Of a stretch of DNA of 64,000 nucleotides, positions 55,735 to 64,000 are shown in pieces. The notes under the pieces were generated by a model, which saw only the letters and a program-made list of their open reading frames with translations, was not told where the DNA came from and ran no database searches. The stretch lies in contig NC_043012.1 of NCBI RefSeq assembly GCF_006345805.1, positions 46,128,001-46,192,000 of the forward strand. The letters run 5' to 3'. The translations under genes were made by a program, and so were the position numbers. Each line of letters opens with the position of its first letter. Position 1 is the first letter of the stretch. Source of the DNA: Octopus sinensis (lineage: Eukaryota).

Positions 55735-56270
55735 GGCGGCGAGCTGGCAGAAATGTTAGCACGCCGGGCGAAATGCGTAGCCATATTTCGTCTGCCGTTA
55801 CGTTCTGAGTTCAAATTCCGCCGAGGTCGACTTTGCTTTTCATCCTTCCGGGGTCGATAAATTTAGTACCAGTTATGCACTGGGGTCGATATAATCGACT
55901 TGATCCGTTTGTCTGTCCTTGTTAGTCGTCTCTGTGTTTAGCCCCTTGTGGATAGTAAAGGAATAGGTATTTCGTCTGCCACTACATTCTGGGTTCAAAT
56001 TCTGCCGAGGTCGACTTTGCCTTTCCTCCTTTCGGGGTCGATTAAATAAGTACCACTTACACACTGGGGTCGATATAATCGACTTGATCCGTTTGTCTGT
56101 CCTTGTTAGTCGTCTCTGTGTTTAGCCCCTTGTGGGTAGTAAAGAAATAGGTATTTCGTTCATCTTTACGTTCTGAGTTCAAATTGCGCCGAGGTTGACT
56201 TTGCTTTTCATCTATTCGTGAACGATAAAATACGTCCCAGTTGAGCATTAGGGTCGATTTAATCCACTTA
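55735..56270 (+). mobile_element. SINE family 2 with about 185-bp tandem internal reiteration (about 2.6 units)
   Basis: Head ggcggcgagctggcag at about 55736. tatttcgt starts recur at about 55783, 55969 and 56153. Confidence 0.9.
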
Positions 56271-56860
56271 GTCAAATAAGAATAGTATCTTAATATGTTC
56301 AGAATAAAAACTACCTATCCATCTATCTCCTCAGAAATTGCCGGCCTTGTGCCAAAACTTGAAGCCACTATATGGATCAAATTTCAAATAAACCTGGCGC
56401 GCCATATAAAAATTACAGCTAAACCCAATTTTGGCCGCTATATTCTCCAGAGAATAACTACCAAGATCTTTGTCTAGATCACTTTAGTTTTCGAGAAAGA
56501 ATATCTTCATCTCATTTTAAAATGTATCTTAGTATTTTAGAGAAAAAAAGAAAGTCTTGGGAAACAAGATAAGATCTGAATATCACAATGAGGTCTAAAG
56601 TATGAAATATTATCACTATAATGTCAGCCTACAATTAAACAAAAATGCCATAGAGTTAAGCAGGTGAGTATTTTTTAGGAATAAAAGCAAAAAACTGTTA
56701 AACTGCCAATGCTTAGAAATATATACTAAGAATTAACAACTGTCAAAAGGAAACGAGATAGGTTTTATTTGAAATTATAACACACGTTTCACGTTAATAG
56801 TTATTATAACAGTAATAAAGTCAAACAAGGAATAATCTCCTAATATGTTCAGAATAAAAA

Positions 56861-56937
<77 letters not shown>

Positions 56938-57449
56938 ATATATATGACGTATATATGCTTTCATTTCTTTTTATTCTTTTATTTTATCGCTCATTGAACT
57001 TGCCGCCATGCTGGACACGCTTTTGAATAGGATTCTTCAATTAAATAATATCCAGTACAGCTGTTAATTTTGGTTCTTGATCCACACTTTTCATATTACC
57101 GAACGTTTAGTTTACCGAGTTGTACATAAAACTACGCCAGTTCTCCATCTAAGAGAAATGCAAACAAGATGCATTCCTTGACGGAATATACATACTATGA
57201 AACTACACCAGGCCACTACAGCAGCCCTAATTGTGTAGCAAAGCATGCGTAAACGCACGGATCCGATTTTGCTTTTACAAACTTCTTCAACGTCACAGCG
57301 TCATCCGTGCCGAATTCTCAACTCACCGTAGCCTCTAGCACGGGTACGAAATTGCCATAGAAGCGGTCGAAAATGAAGGAGTTTTATGTTTTTGTAGTAT
57401 TATGTTTTGCCGATCTCTGAAGGGCAGATAATCTCTGATAGCTCGCAAC

Positions 57450-58440
57450 CCCGCTTTCTAAAGCCTATAAATCTCCAACTCCATATTTATGTATGTACAA
57501 CATGTTTTCTTCACTATCCATCAGGTCGTCTCCTTCTCCCACCCGCCACGGTTAGTAATACCATTGTCCGAATGCCATCTGTTCCTTCACCAAATTTCAT
57601 AAGCCCAATAGCAACTGCCAACAAATACTTCAGTATTTCACCCTCATATTTCCATCCTAATCTGCCGGCATCCTTTTTTTTGTTTGCATCATGTCACTAC
57701 AGAGGCTTTTCTATTCTAATCATTTTCCATCTCTTCAGCGTATCCCGCTCACCTCCTCATTAAATCCGTATATACAATGACCCCGTTTCACACACACACA
57801 CACACACACCACACACACACACACAGAGAAACATTCACACACACACGCACGCACACACACACACACTCTCATACACATGCACACACACGTCGACAGTTCC
57901 CTGGTTCCTAACTATTTCTTGAATCATTTTTTAAATTCCTCATCCAAACTAACAGGTACAGCTTCGCCACCCGGCCGATTATTGCTCAGACATTCTTCTC
58001 TTTCATGAGAGAAATCTGAGTACAGATATATGTATTCACGATGGGAATGAGAATTTACCGCATACGCAATCCTATTTCAATCGCGGTTTTAATCAGTTTA
58101 CCAGACTGATCCCAAAACTATTGGGTCGCCTCATAGATGACTGTATCCTATGTACAACTGAACATTTCATCCTATTTGATAATCCCAATCATCGAATTTA
58201 CCTCAGTAATCGCGCATTTATCAATCGACTTTCTAGATAAATTAGTCAATGACATACACCCCATCATCCCCAGCATCGCTTTCGGGAAATCCTCCGAAAA
58301 TCATTCTTGTCTTTAATTCTACTCTTCCTATCAATCTCATCTGCAACACACTATCCCTTATTCCCAGCTGATCCGTTTCCTTTGTCTGTGCATCCAACAC
58401 CAAGACTTTCAAACCTAGTCACATATATTGCCCGTGTCTT
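57450..58440 (-). mobile_element. Heavily decayed RTE-like LINE fragment, split by (CA)n
   Basis: RC shows traces resembling GLK.....T, IPIV.Y and RRLGW...GRRRRP. Confidence 0.4.
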
Positions 58441-59066
58441 CACATATATTGTCAGTTTACACACGAAACCTCAAAATGATTGATAGTGTGACTCTCAAAG
58501 CCTGAAGCAATGTCTGAATTCCATTGCACTTTTAGTGTAATATTATAAAATGAATATTTTGTTAAATGTTGCTATTGATCCATATATTGTATGAAAAAGC
58601 TATATATTTCTTGATACAACTAATGTTTAGACCTACTGAAACCCAATTTCGAAAATATAAAAGATTCTTTTATAAGTAATGTAACTTACAACAGAGATGT
58701 GAACAATATATTTTATAGTATAACTTAAAATGAATGCATCTAAAAAGAGTGTTAAGAAATTATTTAAAATATTTCTTTCTAGATACTAGAGGAATCCAGC
58801 AATCCTCTAGGTTTACTGGAGCAACTAGAATAATTTAGAAATAGTATACATAACATACAATATAATGAATAACTAACCCTATAGAGACTATCTTGACTTA
58901 AGGAAGAGAGGTATTTAGTTTACCACGTTCCACACTAAGAACAATTACAATTTATTAAATGTGCAAAGCTAAGGCACAAAATCATTGAGAAAATATTGGA
59001 GGCCATTGCACTACCAGCCACAAATGTAAATATTGGGTGTGTGTGAACTTGGATACACACATACAT

Positions 59067-60950
59067 GATGGCCGTCCACTCGTGACCAAGGAAAAGCATT
59101 GATAACTTTTAGGAACATTGTCAATATTTTACAGTTTCGGCTCCGTTAGTAGCTAACGAGCCCTGCTCTTTAAAAACATACACGACTGCGAATATTTTAA
59201 AACCAAGCTTTCTCCACTCATTACACTAGTAGTGGGCTTTCGAGCAGCACGCTTAGATTTTTCATGAAGAATGCATGCTCTTTCAAAGGTATCGACACCC
59301 TCCTTAACCTGTTCCCACCATCGGTAGCGAGGATAAGCATTGCTCTCTCAGTCAGCCTCCTGCATTTCACAGGCCTTTAATAAGGGCTTTACACAGTCCT
59401 TAATCGCAGTCTTGGCTTCTGCCGGAGTCGTTTTCCAGTAACAAGTTCCCCACATAGCATCTGTTTAGGGATCCTGCTATCATTCATGCTAACAAGGTGT
59501 CCAGTCCAACGGGACCAGTGCTTGTGCACCATCGTCTCAATACTCAGGATATCGGCTTCCCACATGACCAGTGTATCTGGAGTTTTTGAGGCCCAGTCCC
59601 CATTCAGAATGTCTCAGACATCTCTGATGGAAGCGTTGAAGGACATTTCCATAGCGTTTGTAAAGGTCTCATGTCTCACGCGAGTAGAGGAGCAATATCA
59701 GCACGCATGCATGGTACACAGCAAGTTTTGTTCGCCATGTGATGCCATGCTGGGAGCAGACACAAGACCGAAGAAACTGGAAGGAATCAGTCGCTCTCTG
59801 CAGACTGAAAGATATTTTATCATCCAGGAAGTAAGAACGGCTGAGTATACTACCCAGGTAGAGAAACTTGTCTACCACTTTCAGTATTGCTCCTTCAATC
59901 AAGATAACTGGTTCCACATACAGAGACTGGAGAACTGGCAGTTAATCGACGAGAATTGGCAGTAAATCGACGCAGGTTAAAATGACGGCGTCTACAACAA
60001 AAGCATGAGTAAGAGTAGCAGCAAATACAGACAAGATGAGGGTCGGGGCAAGGATGTCACTCTGCTTGATACCATTCTCAACAAGAATGGGTCCCGCCAT
60101 TCCATCCCCAACACTGACCCAAGCCTCCATCCCATCATGAAATAAGTGATCCGGACATCCACGTTTGTGAAGTATTTTCCTAAGGGAGGCCCCATTTACA
60201 GTATCAAAGGCCTTTCTTAAATCAATGAATACCTGGACAAAATCCATATTCTGCTCATAGCGCTTCTCCTGCATCTGTCTCGCTGTGAAAATCATATCCC
60301 ACGTTCCTCATCCATATCGGAAACCGCATTGAGATTCAAATATGAAATCATTTACAAGACACCTATTCAGGCGGGTAAGAAGAATACTTGCCAGAACATT
60401 GCCAGCAGCTGATAGTAGAGCAATACCCCTGTAGTTGCCACACTCTACTCTGGCTCCCTTTCCTTTAAAGAGAGGAAGAAGTATTGCAACCTACCAGTCC
60501 TTAGGCATTTCACCATTCCCCCAGATTACATGAATAAGTTCATGAAGGGACTGTGTGATGTGATCACCACCAAATCGCAGGACCTCAACACATATACTAT
60601 CCTTACAAGGTGCTTTACTAAGATTTAGTTTACTTATCGCTGTCATTATCTCATCTATTGAAGGCGTGGAATTTAAGGAACTAATAACTGGTTTCTGTTG
60701 CATAGTGTCAATCACTGCTTCGTCCACAAATGACTCATGGTTTATGAGTTCAGAGAAATGTTGAATCCAGCAACCCATGACTTCTGTTGTTCTAGTAAAC
60801 AGAGTAAAAGACTCCTTGGAACTCTTAGGCCCATACACGTGCTTCATAAGATAGTAAAGCTTCTTGCTGTCATTTGCAGCAGCAGCAGCAGTCTGAGAAT
60901 CACGACAAGATCCTCCCAGGCATTTTGCATCTTCCTCAGAGATCAATGTG
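59067..60950 (-). mobile_element. RTE (BovB-like) LINE, 5'-truncated, with internal deletion
   Basis: MIFTARQMQEK...VFIDLRKAFDTV, GIKQSDILAPTL, VVDKFLYLGSILS, TKLAVYHACVL..LLY..ET and SKAPCKDSICVEVL. The YADD region is missing near 59920-59970. Confidence 0.9.
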
Positions 60951-61619
60951 ATTTTACGGTTTTTACGCTGCTGTAGTGTGAAAGTGCTAGATTTCGCTGC
61001 ACGACTGAAAGTCCGCTGAGACTTTCAGCTGTGCTGAACTTCAGCATTGTTTTCAGCATTTCACAGTCGCTGAACTTCGGTATCACTTTGAAAAACCTAG
61101 TCTCGAACATCTTCCCACGCTGTAGTATTTTCAATGATGGACAAACAATTCTGAAGCTCTTTTCTTCACCTTAGCCACAGGACTTCCGAATAAAAATATA
61201 CACAACTATATATCTAAAACAAAAAAGGAAAAGAACAAACACAGAAACAATGAACATGTAAAGGAAAACTTCAGCAAAGCATGTGCAAAGTCTTAGGTCC
61301 AATAAGTCTTGCAACGACACTTCGTAGACTCTATTGACATTATCCAGAAATAAGCCGACGCAAGATGACTGGTGCTAGTATGAATTGCAGACTCAGGGTT
61401 GTGGGAGTGCAATGATCTTAAGCATGAACAAAAGATCTCCAAAATGTCCAATGCCATTTCCTGCATATCTGGCTTTATATGAGAGTTGCCTTCTAGAGAC
61501 AGGCTACGAAAGGAGTTGAGGGGTGTGTCATTCACAGTGGTCTTCAAGCACGTGCGACACCATCCCAGATATTGTACTTGCTCGTGATATTAATAGATAG
61601 TCGTTAAACCATCACAAGC

Positions 61620-61746
61620 ATGCATACATACATACATACATACATAAATGCAGGTGATATATGCACATATATATGTATGTATACATCTCTCTTTCTCTTT
61701 ACACACACACATACATACATATATATATATATGTGGATATATATGG

Positions 61747-61777
<31 letters not shown>

Positions 61778-61835
61778 TGTATATATATATATATCTATAT
61801 ATATATATATATAATATATATGTACACATATATAT

Positions 61836-61907
<72 letters not shown>

Positions 61908-62034
61908 CTATATATACATATATATACATATACTATTCATACGCGCACGTACCAGTTTGCACGTGTCTGACAAACACTCTCACAGGCACACATGCGTCTC
62001 TATGAGTAAATTATAGACATATATATATATATGC

Positions 62035-62073
<39 letters not shown>

Positions 62074-62246
62074 TATATGTATGTGAGTGTGTGCGTTTTT
62101 ATACAAATTTTAACATTCATATACAAAGTGACCTGCATACATACCCATAAACAAATATATACTGAGGCACACATATTACCACGTACATATGTATATATAA
62201 GTACATATATGTATGTGTATATGTATATAAATATGTTTGTATATAT

Positions 62247-62298
<52 letters not shown>

Positions 62299-62804
62299 AT
62301 ATATACATACATATATACATAACACACATACACACCACACAATGATATATAAACAAGACATTGAGATGAAATAACCTATGTAAACGACGGAATCACTCAC
62401 TGTTTCCAACATGTTGTTGAATAGATTCGAATGAATTTGTTTACATTTATCAAAGCAATCATTATTAGATCGTATTTGAAGTGGAAAGACATAACGTAAC
62501 AGACTAAACACAAATAAATAGAAAACTAAAACGAAAGCATAGACTTTATGTAATAAAGGATTTATGAATTTATTGAGGAAATAGTAGCTTCTATCTATCG
62601 TATTAACGTGAAATGGATATCACAGGAATTGCTCCGTTTTATTTGCCATAGGCGAAACCAGATCGAATAAATGAAATACACACATATTTACAGTCATGCT
62701 TGCATACATATATTTATATATACTGCGCGTATATATCTATATATATATACATACATACGTACGTACATACATATATACATACATACATACATACATATAT
62801 ATAT

Positions 62805-62840
<36 letters not shown>

Positions 62841-62863
62841 GTATATATATATAGGTATATATG

Positions 62864-62909
<46 letters not shown>

Positions 62910-62950
62910 ATATATATATATGTGTGTATATATATAGGCATATATATATG
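61620..62950. repeat. TA/CA-rich compound microsatellite field
   Basis: Read directly. Source of most ORF-track entries in this region. Confidence 0.9.
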
Positions 62951-64000
62951 TGTCTGTGTGTGCGTTTGCGAGTGTGTGTATACGTGAGCGTGCGTGCGCA
63001 CACATGTGTATATTGAAAGAGTGAGCGAGGTTGATAGATATAGACCTAGAGAGGGACATGTATGTTATTATGTGTATTTGACAATGTAGATAAACGTATG
63101 TAGTTCACAAGAAATAAAAGAATAGAATATGTTATATATGTTTTTCTCTACATCAATAACGCGTAGCATTAATCGGTTTGAAATTCCATTTATTTACATG
63201 CGTTCCTATCAAGTTTTGCAACTGCGGTTTTTGCAATAGATACAAATATGATTAGTTTCACATTCTTTATATTTCGCAATGAATGGTGAATAAACCACAC
63301 AGAAGAACAAAATAAACAGTGAAAAGAATAAATATAAGCGAAACAGAAAGAAAGTTTAATAAATACATGAATTGTAAATAACATTAGAGACGAATGAATT
63401 GTTTATACTTTTAAAGCAAATGTATTTTTCTTTGTTCTTTTATATTGTTGTTTAGCAATTTCTCAAATTTGTATAGATAATGAGTGGAAAGGTGATAGAA
63501 TTTAATTGAATTTTAGATTGATTTCGCTTCAGTTCGATATGATGTTGTGAAAATGATATCAAGGAATGTATTGTGTTATTTCGGAATCTCCTACTTACCT
63601 TCATAAGTATATAACAAATTTTATATTACCACACTTACAAATATAAAAGCTGATACATATAGAGAGCCAATCACATTCACACTGAAATAACGATGCACAC
63701 TCACTCACGCATATACACGTTTATTTATGGGGTAGCATTTTCCTGCCCACAATTTCATTATATAGCTGACATATAGATATGGAAACCGTTGTTATTTTTG
63801 CTGATTAGAGAGAATTTTCTATCTCAATAGAATAGGAGACAAATTGTATAATTATATCGAAATAAACCCTAATAATGATAGGATGGCCACAGCTCGGTTC
63901 TTTGTTTCATTTTAGAACTACTCGCTCAGTTTTGAATACAACTGATGATAACACACTTCATGGACAATAACCTTCCGAATACTGAAAACTACTGAGTCAC

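Noticed and set aside
57100-57400. CpG-rich segment with a KSDPCVY copia-like peptide on the minus strand
   Set aside because: Isolated motif with no flanking RT similarity.
61005-61028. 9-bp hairpin ctgaaagtc/gactttcag with short gctgaacttc repeats nearby
   Set aside because: No ribozyme core or element boundary could be assigned.

Overview
AT-rich, microsatellite-dense eukaryotic DNA, most likely from an octopus. That assignment rests on SINE families I recall from Octopus assemblies and cannot be verified here. No host gene could be identified; nearly all entries in the ORF track are microsatellite artefacts or transposon fragments. The window holds decayed non-LTR retrotransposons (HERO-like and R4/Dong-like RLE elements, RTE, CR1/L2-group), two Penelope-like elements, mariner and Tc1-family relics, MITEs and many tRNA-type SINEs. 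The main signal is RNA-level: I read 16 type I hammerhead-ribozyme (HHR) motifs, intact or decayed, in five sequence contexts. These include a 352-bp tandem repeat with two HHRs exactly one monomer apart (retrozyme-like, predicting a 352-nt circular RNA), a diverged fold-back relative near 38.4-39.1 kb, Penelope pseudo-LTR HHRs in inverted pairs, and a tRNA-headed (AAT)n-HHR element inserted with an 8-bp target-site duplication. All structures were paired by eye; no folding or database search was run, and TE boundaries are approximate.
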